NCBI GenBank assembly: GCA_964057225.1 | Contig: CAXKVF010000084.1 | Coordinates: 248,001 to 312,000 of the forward strand | Source: Auanema rhodensis | Lineage: Eukaryota > Animalia > Nematoda | Length of the DNA stretch: 64,000 nucleotides | Direction: 5' to 3' | In this document: one piece after another, positions 26,801 to 39,900 of the stretch | Layout of the letters: every line of letters begins with the position of its first letter | Position numbering within the stretch: the stretch's first letter is position 1 | Translations under genes and position numbers: made by a program | Notes under the pieces: model-generated | Told to the model about the DNA's origin: nothing | Databases searched by the model: none | Seen by the model: only the letters and a program-made list of their open reading frames with translations

Positions 26801-29800
26801 ATATGGACATGGGGAATCTAATTTTGAAAACCGCATCTCTTTATCTTTCACGTGAAGCGAGTTACATACCAAGTGCACATCACGTATACATTTAATTAGC
26901 ATAAATTGAAGTTCACGTAAATTTCAAAGTCATGGTTACCATGAACCAATATCAATAAAAATTTGTTTTTAGACTAATATGGACATGGGGAATCTAATTT
27001 TGAAAACCGCATCTCTTTATCTTTCACGTGAAGCGAGTTACATACCAAGTGCACATCACGTGTACATTTAATTAGCATAAATTAAAGTTCACGTGAATTT
27101 CAAAGTCATGGTTACCATGCACCAATATCAATAAAAATTTGTTTTTAGACTAATATGGACATGGGAAATCTAATTTTGAAAACCGCATCTCTTTATCTTT
27201 CACGTGAAGCGAGTTACATACCAAGTGCACATCACGTGTACATTTAATTAGCATAAATTAAAGTTCACGTAAATTTCAAAGTCATGGTTACCATGAACCA
27301 ATATCAATAAAAATTTGTTTTTAGACTAATATGGACATGGGGAATCTAATTTTGAAAACCGCATCTCTTTATCTTTCACGTGAAGCGAGTTACATACCAA
27401 GTGCACATCACGTGTACATTTAATTAGCATAAATTAAAGTTCACGTAAATTTCAAAGTCATGGTTACCATGAACCAATATCAATAAAAATTTGTTTTTAG
27501 ACTAATATGGACATGGGGAATCTAATTTTAAAAACCGCATCTCTTCATCTTTCACGTGAAGCGAGTTACATACCAAGTGCACATCACGTGTACATTTAAT
27601 TAGCATAAATTAAAGTTCACGTAAATTTCAAAGTCATGGTTACCATGCACCAATATCAATAAAAATTTGTTTTTAGACTAATATGGACATGGGGAATCTA
27701 ATTTTGAAAACCGCATCTTTTTATCTTTCACGTGAAGCGAGTTACATACCAAGTGCACATCACGTGTACATTTAATTAGCATAAATTAAAGTTCACGTAA
27801 ATTTCAAAGTCATGGTTACCATGCACCAATATCAATAAAAATTTGTTTTTAAACTAATATGGACATGGGGAATCTAATTTTGAAAACCGCATCTCTTTAT
27901 CTTTCACGTGAAGCGAGTTACATACCAAGTGCACATCACGTGTACATTTAATTAGCATAAATTAAAGTTCACGTAAATTTCAAAGTCATGGTTACCATGC
28001 ACCAATATCAATAAAAATTTGTTTTTAGACTAATATGGACATGGGGAATCTAATTTTGAAAACCGCATCTCTTTATCTTTCACGTGAAGCGAGTTACATA
28101 CCAAGTGCACATCACGTGTACATTTAATTAGCATAAATTAAAGTTCACGTAAATTTCAAAGTCATGGTTACCATGAACCAATATCAATAAAATTTGTTTT
28201 TAGACTAATATGGACATGGGGAATCTAATTTTGAAAACCGCATCTCTTTATCTTTCACGTGAAGCGAGTTACATACCAAGTGCACATCACGTATACATTT
28301 AATTAGCATAAATTAAAGTTCACGTAAATTTCAAAGTCATGGTTACCATGAACCAATATCAATAAAAATTTGTTTTTAGACTAATATGGACATGGGGAAT
28401 CTAATTTTGAAAACCGCATCTCTTTATCTTTCACGTGAAGCGAGTTACATACCAAGTGCACATCACGTGTACATTTAATTAGCATAAATTAAAGTTCACG
28501 TAAATTTCAAAGTCATGGTTACCATGAACCAATATCAATAAAAATTTGTTTTTAGACTAATATGGACATGGGGAATCTAATTTTGAAAACCGCATCTCTT
28601 TATCTTTCACGTGAAGCGAGTTACATACCAAGTGCACATCACGTGTACATTTAATTAGCATAAATTAAAGTTCACGTAAATTTCAAAGTCATGGTTACCA
28701 TGCACCAATATCAATAAAAATTTGTTTTTAGACTAATATGGACATGGGGAATCTATTTTGAAAACCGCATCTCTTTATCTTTCACGTGAAGCGAGTTACA
28801 TACCAAGTGCACATCACGTGTACATTTAATTAGCATAAATTAAAGTTCACGTAAATTTCAAAGTCATGGTTACCATGAACCAATATCAATAAAATTTGTT
28901 TTTAGACTAATATGGACATGGGGAATCTAATTTTGAAAACCGCATCTCTTTATCTTTCACGTGAAGCGAGTTACATACCAAGTGCACATCACGTATACAT
29001 TTAATTAGCATAAATTAAAGTTCACGTAAATTTCAAAGTCATGGTTACCATGAACCAATATCAATAAAAATTTGTTTTTAGACTAATATGGACATGGGGA
29101 ATCTAATTTTGAAAACCGCATCTCTTTATCTTTCACGTGAAGCGAGTTACATACCAAGTGCACATCACGTGTACATTTAATTAGCATAAATTAAAGTTCA
29201 CGTAAATTTCAAAGTCATGGTTACCATGCACCAATATCAATAAAAATTTGTTTTTAGACTAATATGGACATGGGGAATCTAATTTTAAAAACCGCATCTC
29301 TTTATCTTTCACGTGAAGCGAGTTACATACCAAGTGCACATCACGTGTACATTTAATTAGCATAAATTAAAGTTCACGTAAATTTCAAAGTCATGGTTAC
29401 CATGAACCAATATCAATAAAAATTTGTTTTTAGACTAATATGGACATGGGGAATCTAATTTTGAAATCCGCATCTCTTTATCTTTCACGTGAAGCGAGTT
29501 ACATACCAAGTGCACATCACGTATACATTTAATTAGCATAAATTAAAGTTCACGTAAATTTCAAAGTCATGGTTACCATGAACCAATATCAATAAAAATT
29601 TGTTTTTAGACTAATATGGACATGGGGAATCTAATTTTGAAAACCGCATCTCTTTATCTTTCACGTGAAGCGAGTTACATACCAAGTGCACATCACGTGT
29701 ACATTTAATTAGCATAAATTAAAGTTCACGTAAATTTCAAAGTCATGGTTACCATGCACCAATATCAATAAAAATTTGTTTTTAGACTAATATGGACATG

Positions 29801-32557
29801 GGGAATCTAATTTTGAAAACCGCATCTCTTTATCTTTCACGTGAAGCGAGTTACATACCAAGTGCACATCACGTGTACATTTAATTAGCATAAATTAAAG
29901 TTCACGTAAATTTCAAAGTCATGGTTACCATGCACCAATATCAATAAAAATTTGTTTTTAGACTAATATGGACATGGGGAATCTAATTTTGAAAACCGCA
30001 TATCTTCATCTTTCACGTGAAGCGAGTTACATACCAAGTGCACATCACGTGTACATTTAATTAGCATAAATTAAAGTTCACGTAAATTTCAAAGTCATGG
30101 TTACCATGCACCAATATCAATAAAAATTTGTTTTTAGACTAATATGGACATGGGGAATCTAATTTTGAAAACCGCATCTCTTTATCTTTCACGTGAAGCG
30201 AGTTACATACCAAGTGCACATCACGTGTACATTTAATTAGCATAAATTAAAGTTCACGTAAATTTCAAAGTCATGGTTACCATGAACCAATATCAATAAA
30301 AATTTGTTTTTAGACTAATATGGACATGGGGAATCTAATTTTGAAAACCGCATCTCTTTATCTTTCACGTGAAGCGAGTTACATACCAAGTGCACATCAC
30401 GTGTACATTTAATTAGCATAAATTAAAGTTCACGTAAATTTCAAAGTCATGGTTACCATGAACCAAGATCAATAAAAATTTGTTTTTAGACTAATATGGA
30501 CATGGGGAATCTAATTTTGAAAACCGCATCTCTTTATCTTTCACGTGAAGCGAGTTACATACCAAGTGCACATCACGTGTACATTTAATTAGCATAAATT
30601 AAAGTTCACGTAAATTTCAAAGTCATGGTTACCATGAACCAATATCAATAAAAATTTGTTTTTAGACTAATATGGACATGGGGAATCTAATTTTGAAAAC
30701 CGCATCTCTTTATCTTTCACGTGAAGCGAGTTACATACCAAGTGCACATCACGTGTACATTTAATTAGCATAAATTAAAGTTCACGTAAATTTCAAAGTC
30801 ATGGTTACCATGCACCAATATCAATAAAAATTTGTTTTTAGACTAATATGGACATGGGGAATCCAATTTTGAAAACCGCATCTCTTTATCTTTCACGTGA
30901 AGCGAGTTACATACCAAGTGCACATCACGTGTACATTTAATTAGCATAAATTAAAGTTCACGTAAATTTCAAAGTCATGGTTACCATGCACCAATATCAA
31001 TAAAAATTTGTTTTTAGACTAATATGGACATGGGAAATCTAATTTTGAAAACCGCATCTCTTTATCTTTCACGTGAAGCGAGTTACATACCAAGTGCACA
31101 TCACGTGTACATTTAATTAGCATAAATTAAAGTTCACGTAAATTTCAAAGTCATGGTTACCATGCACCAATATCAATAAAAATTTGTTTTTAGACTAATA
31201 TGGACATGGGGAATCTAATTTTGAAAACCGCATCTCTTTATCTTTCACGTGAAGCGAGTTACATACCAAGTGCACATCACGTGTACATTTAATTAGCATA
31301 AATTAAAGTTCACGTAAATTTCAAAGTCATGGTTACCATGAAGCAATATCAATAAAAATTTGTTTTTAGACTAATATGGACATGGGGAATCTAATTTTGA
31401 AAACCGCATCTCTTTATCTTTCACGTGAAGCGAGTTACATACCAAGTGCACATCACGTGTACATTTAATTAGCATAAATTAAAGTTCACGTAAATTTCAA
31501 AGTCATGGTTACCATGAACCAATATCAATGAAAATTTGTTTTTAGACTAATATGGACATGGGGAATCTAATTTTGAAAACCGCATCTCTTTATCTTTCAC
31601 GTGAAGCGAGTTACATACCAAGTGCACATCACGTGTACATTTAATTAGCATAAATTAAAGTTCACGTAAATTTCAAAGTCATGGTTACCATGAAGCAATA
31701 TCAACACAAATTTGTTTTTAGACTAATATGGACATGGGAAATCTAATTTTGAAAACCGCATCTCTTTATCTTTCACGTGAAGCGAGTTACATACCAAGTG
31801 CACATCACGTGTACATTTAATTAGCATTAATTAAAGTTCACGTAAATTTCAAAGTCATGGTTACCATGAACCAATATCAATAAAAATTTGTTTTTAGACT
31901 AATATGGACATGGGGAATCTAATTTTGAAAACCGCATCTCTTTATCTTTCACGTGAAGCGAGTTACATACCAAGTGCACATCACGTGTACATTTAATTAG
32001 CATAAATTAAAGTTCACGTAAATTTCAAAGTCATGGTTACCATGAAGCAATATCAATAAAAATTTGTTTTTAGACTAATATGGACATGGGGAATCTAATT
32101 TTGAAAACCGCATCTCTTTATCTTTCACGTGAAGCGAGTTACATACCAAGTGCACATCACGTGTACATTTAATTAGCATTAATTAAAGTTCACGTAAATT
32201 TCAAAGTCATGGTTACCATGAACCAATATCAATAAAAATTTGTTTTTAGACTAATATGGACATGGGGAATCTAATTTTGAAAACCGCATCTCTTTATCTT
32301 TCACGTGAAGCGAGTTACATACCAAGTGCACATCACGTGTACATTTAATTAGCATAAATTAAAGTTCACGTAAATTTCAAAGTCATGGTTACCATGAACT
32401 AATATCAATAAAAATTTGTTTTTAGACTAATATGGACATGGGGAATCTAATTTTGAAAACCGCATCTCTTTATCTTTCACGTGAAGCGAGTTACATACCA
32501 AGTGCACATCACGTGTACATTTAATTAGCATAAATTAAAGTTCACGTAAATTTCAAA

Positions 32558-33965
32558 GTCATGGTTACCATGAACCAATATCAATAAAAATTTGTTTTTA
32601 GACTAATATGGACATGGGGAATCTAATTTTAAAAACCGCATCTCTTTATCTTTCACGTGAAGCGAGTTACATACCAAGTGCACATCACGTGTACATTTAA
32701 TTAGCATAAATTAAAGTTCACGGAAATTTCAAAGTCATGGTTACAATGAAGCAATATCAATAAAAATTTGTTTTTAGACTAATATGGACATGGGGAATCT
32801 AATTTTGAAAACCGCATCTCTTTATCTTTCACGTGAAGCGAGTTACATACCAAGTGCACATCACGTGTACATTTAATTAGCATAAATTAAAGTTCACGTA
32901 AATTTCAAAGTCATGGTTACCATGAACCAATATCAATAAAAATTTGTTTTTAGACTAATATGGACATGGGGAATCTAATTTTGAAAACCGCATCTCTTTA
33001 TCTTTCACGTGAAGCGAGTTACATACCAAGTGCACATCACGTGTACATTTAATTAGCATAAATTAAAGTTCACGGAAATTTCAAAGTCATGGTTACAATG
33101 AAGCAATATCGATAAAAATTTGTTTTTAGACTAATATGGACATGGGGAATCTAATTTTGAAAACCGCCTCTCTTTATCTTTCACGTGAAGCGAGTTACAT
33201 ACCAAGTGCACATCACGTGTACATTTAATTAGCATAAATTAAAGTTCACGTAAATTTCAAAGTCATGGTTACCATGAACCAATATCAATAAAAATTTGTT
33301 TTTAGACTAATATGGACATGGGGAATCTAATTTTAAAAACCGCATCTCTTTATCTTTCACGTGAAGCGAGTTACATACCAAGTGCACATCACGTGTACAT
33401 TTAATTAGCATAAATTAAAGTTCACGGAAATTTCAAAGTCATGGTTACAATGAAGCAATATCAATAAAAATTTGTTTTTAGACTAATATGGACATGGGGA
33501 ATCTAATTTTGAAAACCGCATCTCTTTATCTTTCACGTGAAGCGAGTTACATACCAAGTGCACATCACGTGTACATTTAATTAGCATAAATTAAAGTTCA
33601 CGTAAATTTCAAAGTCATGGTTACCATGAACCAATATCAATAAAAATTTGTTTTTAGACTAATATGGACATGGGGAATCTAATTTTGAAAACCGCATCTC
33701 TTTATCTTTCACGTGAAGCGAGTTACATACCAAGTGCACATCACGTGTACATTTAATTAGCATAAATTAAAGTTCACGGAAATTTCAAAGTCATGGTTAC
33801 AATGAAGCAATATCGATAAAAATTTGTTTTTAGACTAATATGGACATGGGGAATCTAATTTTGAAAACCGCCTCTCTTTATCTTTCACGTGAAGCGAGTT
33901 ACATACCAAGTGCACATCACGTGTACATTTAATTAGCATAAATTAAAGTTCACGTAAATTTCAAA
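32558..33965 (+). repeat. Nested higher-order repeat: dimer x4 arranged as tetramer x2
   Basis: The junction haplotype T166G/C12A/C18G recurs every 352 bp. G74A and A26G+A83C recur every 704 bp. Confidence 0.9.
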
Positions 33966-36900
33966 GTCATGGTTACCATGAACCAATATCAATAAAAATT
34001 TGTTTTTAGACTAATATGGACATGGGGAATCTAATTTTGAAAACCGCATTTCTTTATCTTTCACGTGAAGCGAGTTACATATCAAGTGCACATCACGTGT
34101 ACATTTAATTAGCATAAATTAAAGTTCACGTAAAATTCAAAGTCATGGTTACCATGAACCAATATCAATAAAAATTTGTTTTTAGACTAATATGGACATG
34201 GGGAATCTAATTTTGAAAACCGCATCTCTTTATCTTTCACGTGAAGCGAGTTACATACCAAGTGCACATCACGTGTACATTTAATTAGCATAAATTAAAG
34301 TTCACGTAAATTTCAAAGTCATGGTTACCATGAACCAATATCAATAAAAATTTGTTTTTAGACTAATATGGACATGGGGAATCTAATTTTGAAAACCGCA
34401 TCTCTTTATCTTTCACGTGAAGCGAGTTACATACCAAGTGCACATCACGTGTACATTTAATTAGCATAAATTAAAGTTCACGTAAATTTCAAAGTCATGG
34501 TTACCATGAACCAATATCAATAAAAATTTGTTTTTAGACTAATATGGACATGGGGAATCTAATTTTAAAAACCGCATCTCTTTATCTTTCACGTGAAGCG
34601 AGTTACATACCAAGTGCACATCACGTGTACATTTAATTAGCATAAATTAAAGTTCACGTAAATTTCAAAGTCATGGTTACCATGCACCAATATCAATAAA
34701 AATTTGTTTTTAGACTAATATGGACATGGGGAATCTAATTTTGAAAACCGCATCTCTTTATCTTTCACGTGAAGCGAGTTACATACCAAGTGCACATCAC
34801 GTGTACATTTAATTAGCATAAATTAAAGTTCACGTAAATTTCAAAGTCATGGTTACCAAGAACCAATATCAATAAAAATTTGTTTTTAGACTAATATGGA
34901 CATGGGGAATCTAATTTTGAAAACCGCATCTCTTCATCTTTCACGTGAAGCGAGTTACATACCAAGTGCACATCACGTGTACATTTAATTAGCATAAATT
35001 AAAGTTCACGTAAATTTCAAAGTCATGGTTACCATGCACCAATATCAATAAAAATTTGTTTTTAGACTAATATGGACATGGGGAATCTAATTTTGAAAAC
35101 CGCATCTCTTTATCTTTCACGTGAAGCGAGTTACATACCAAGTGCACATCACGTGTACATTTAATTAGCATAAATTAAAGTTCACGTAAATTTCAAAGTC
35201 ATGGTTACCATGCACCAATATCAATAAAAATTTGTTTTTAGACTAATATGGACATGGGGAATCTAATTTTGAAAACCACATCTCTTTATCTTTCACGTGA
35301 AGCGAGTTACATACCAAGTGCACATCACGTGTACATTTAATTAGCATAAATTAAAGTTCACGTAAATTTCAAAGTCATGGTTACCATGAACCAATATCAA
35401 TAAAAATTTGTTTTTAGACTAATATGGACATGGGGAATCTAATTTTGAAAACCGCATCTCTTTATCTTTCACGTGAAGCGAGTTACATACCAAGTGCACA
35501 TCACGTGTACATTTAATTAGCATAAATTAAAGTTCACGTAAATTTCAAAGTCATGGTTACCATGCACCAATATCAATAAAAATTTGTTTTTAGACTAATA
35601 TGGACATGGGGAATCTAATTTTGAAAACCGCATCTCTTTATCTTTCACGTGAAGCGAGTTACATACCAAGTGCACATCACGTGTACAATTAATTAGCATA
35701 AATTAAAGTTCACGTAAATTTCAAAGTCATGGTTACCATGAACCAATATCAATAAAAATTTGTTTTTAGACTAATATGGACATGGGGAATCTAATTTTGA
35801 AAACCGCATCTCTTTATCTTTCACGTGAAGCGAGTTACATACCAAGTGCACATCACGTGTACATTTAATTAGCATAAATTAAATTTCACGTAAATTTCAA
35901 AGTCATGGTTACCATGCACCAATATCAATAAAAATTTGTTTTTAGACTAATATGGACATGGGGAATCTAATTTTGAAAACCACATCTCTTTATCTTTCAC
36001 GTGAAGCGAGTTACATACCAAGTGCACATCACGTGTACATTTAATTAGCATAAATTAAAGTTCACGTAAATTTCAAAGTCATGGTTACCATGAACCAATA
36101 TCAATAAAAATTTGTTTTTAGACTAATATGGACATGGGGAATCTAATTTTGAAAACCGCATCTCTTTATCTTTCACGTGAAGCGAGTTACATACCAAGTG
36201 CACATCACGTGTACATTTAATTAGCATAAATTAAAGTTCACGTAAATTTCAAAGTCATGGTTACCATGCACCAATATCAATAAAAATTTGTTTTTAGACT
36301 AATATGGACATGGGGAATCTAATTTTGAAAACCGCATCTCTTTATCTTTCACGTGAAGCGAGTTACATACCAAGTGCACATCACGTGTACAATTAATTAG
36401 CATAAATTAAAGTTCACGTAAATTTCAAAGTCATGGTTACCATGAAGCAATATCAATAAAAATTTGTTTTTAGACTAATATGGACATGGGGAATCTAATT
36501 TTGAAAACCACATCTCTTTATCTTTCACGTGAAGCGAGTTACATACCAAGTGCACATCACGTGTACATTTAATTAGCATAAATTAAAGTTCACGTAAATT
36601 TCAAAGTCATGGTTACCATGAACCAATATCAATAAAAATTTGTTTTTAGACTAATATGGACATGGGGAATCTAATTTTGAAAACCGCATCTCTTTATCTT
36701 TCACGTGAAGCGAGTTACATACCAAGTGCACATCACGTGTACATTTAATTAGCATAAATTAAAGTTCACGTAAATTTCAAAGTCATGGTTACCATGAACT
36801 AATATCAATAAAAATTTGTTTTTAGACTAATATGGACATGGGGAATCTAATTTTGAAAACCGCATCTCTTTATCTTTCACGTGAAGCGAGTTACATACCA

Positions 36901-39900
36901 AGTGCACATCACGTGTACATTTAATTAGCATAAATTAAAGTTCACGTAAATTTCAAAGTCATGGTTACCATGAACCAATATCAATAAAAATTTGTTTTTA
37001 GACTAATATGGACATGGGGAATCTAATTTTGAAAACCGCATCTCTTTATCTTTCACGTGAAGCGAGTTACATACCAAGTGCACATCACGTGTACATTTAA
37101 TTAGCATAAATTAAAGTTCACGTAAATTTCAAAGTCATGGTTACCATGAACCAATATCAATAAAAATTTGTTTTTAGACTAATATGGACATGGGGAATCT
37201 AATTTTGAAAACCGCATCTCTTTATCTTTCACGTGAAGCGAGTTACATACCAAGTGCACATCACGTGTACATTTAATTAGCATAAATTAAAGTTCACGTA
37301 AATGTCAAAGTCATGGTTACCAAGAACCAATATCAATAAAAATTTGTTTTTAGACTAATATGGACATGGGGAATCTAATTTTGAAAACCGCATCTCTTTA
37401 TCTTTCACGTGAAGCGAGTTACATACCAAGTGCACATCACGTGTACATTTAATTAGCATAAATTAAAGTTCACGTAAATTTCAAAGTCATGGTTACCATG
37501 CACCAATATCAATAAAAATTTGTTTTTAGACTAATATGGACATGGGGAATCTAATTTTGAAAACCGCATCTCTTTATCTTTCACGTGAAGCGAGTTACAT
37601 ACCAAGTGCACATCACGTGTACATTTAATTAGCATAAATTAAAGTTCACGTAAATTTCAAAGTCATGGTTACCATGCACCAATATCAATAAAAATTTGTT
37701 TTTAGACTAATATGGACATGGGGAATCTAATTTTGAAAACCGCATCTCTTTATCTTTCACGTGAAGCGAGTTACATACCAAGTGCACATCACGTGTACAT
37801 TTAATTAGCATAAATTAAAGTTCACGTAAATTTCAAAGTCATGGTTACCATGAACCAATATCAATAAAAATTTGTTTTTAGACTAATATGGACATGGGGA
37901 ATCTAATTTTGAAAACCGCATTTCTTTATCTTTCACGTGAAGCGAGTTACATATCAAGTGCACATCACGTGTACATTTAATTAGCATAAATTAAAGTTCA
38001 CGTAAAATTCAAAGTCATGGTTACCATGAACCAATATCAATAAAAATTTGTTTTTAGACTAATATGGACATGGGGAATCTAATTTTGAAAACCGCATCTC
38101 TTTATCTTTCACGTGAAGCGAGTTACATACCAAGTGCACATCACGTGTACATTTAATTAGCATAAATTAAAGTTCACGTAAATTTCAAAGTCATGGTTAC
38201 CATGAACCAATATCAATAAAAATTTGTTTTTAGACTAATATGGACATGGGGAATCTAATTTTGAAAACCGCATCTCTTTATCTTTCACGTGAAGCGAGTT
38301 ACATACCAAGTGCACATCACGTGTACATTTAATTAGCATAAATTAAAGTTCACGTAAATTTCAAAGTCATGGTTACCATGAACCAATATCAATAAAAATT
38401 TGTTTTTAGACTAATATGGACATGGGGAATCTAATTTTAAAAACCGCATCTCTTTATCTTTCACGTGAAGCGAGTTACATACCAAGTGCACATCACGTGT
38501 ACATTTAATTAGCATAAATTAAAGTTCACGTAAATTTCAAAGTCATGGTTACCATGCACCAATATCAATAAAAATTTGTTTTTAGACTAATATGGACATG
38601 GGGAATCTAATTTTGAAAACCGCATCTCTTTATCTTTCACGTGAAGCGAGTTACATACCAAGTGCACATCACGTGTACATTTAATTAGCATAAATTAAAG
38701 TTCACGTAAATTTCAAAGTCATGGTTACCAAGAACCAATATCAATAAAAATTTGTTTTTAGACTAATATGGACATGGGGAATCTAATTTTGAAAACCGCA
38801 TCTCTTCATCTTTCACGTGAAGCGAGTTACATACCAAGTGCACATCACGTGTACATTTAATTAGCATAAATTAAAGTTCACGTAAATTTCAAAGTCATGG
38901 TTACCATGCACCAATATCAATAAAAATTTGTTTTTAGACTAATATGGACATGGGGAATCTAATTTTGAAAACCGCATCTCTTTATCTTTCACGTGAAGCG
39001 AGTTACATACCAAGTGCACATCACGTGTACATTTAATTAGCATAAATTAAAGTTCACGTAAATTTCAAAGTCATGGTTACCATGCACCAATATCAATAAA
39101 AATTTGTTTTTAGACTAATATGGACATGGGGAATCTAATTTTGAAAACCACATCTCTTTATCTTTCACGTGAAGCGAGTTACATACCAAGTGCACATCAC
39201 GTGTACATTTAATTAGCATAAATTAAAGTTCACGTAAATTTCAAAGTCATGGTTACCATGAACCAATATCAATAAAAATTTGTTTTTAGACTAATATGGA
39301 CATGGGGAATCTAATTTTGAAAACCGCATCTCTTTATCTTTCACGTGAAGCGAGTTACATACCAAGTGCACATCACGTGTACATTTAATTAGCATAAATT
39401 AAAGTTCACGTAAATTTCAAAGTCATGGTTACCATGCACCAATATCAATAAAAATTTGTTTTTAGACTAATATGGACATGGGGAATCTAATTTTGAAAAC
39501 CGCATCTCTTTATCTTTCACGTGAAGCGAGTTACATACCAAGTGCACATCACGTGTACAATTAATTAGCATAAATTAAAGTTCACGTAAATTTCAAAGTC
39601 ATGGTTACCATGAAGCAATATCAATAAAAATTTGTTTTTAGACTAATATGGACATGGGGAATCTAATTTTGAAAACCACATCTCTTTATCTTTCACGTGA
39701 AGCGAGTTACATACCAAGTGCACATCACGTGTACATTTAATTAGCATAAATTAAAGTTCACGTAAATTTCAAAGTCATGGTTACCATGAACCAATATCAA
39801 TAAAAATTTGTTTTTAGACTAATATGGACATGGGGAATCTAATTTTGAAAACCGCATCTCTTTATCTTTCACGTGAAGCGAGTTACATACCAAGTGCACA

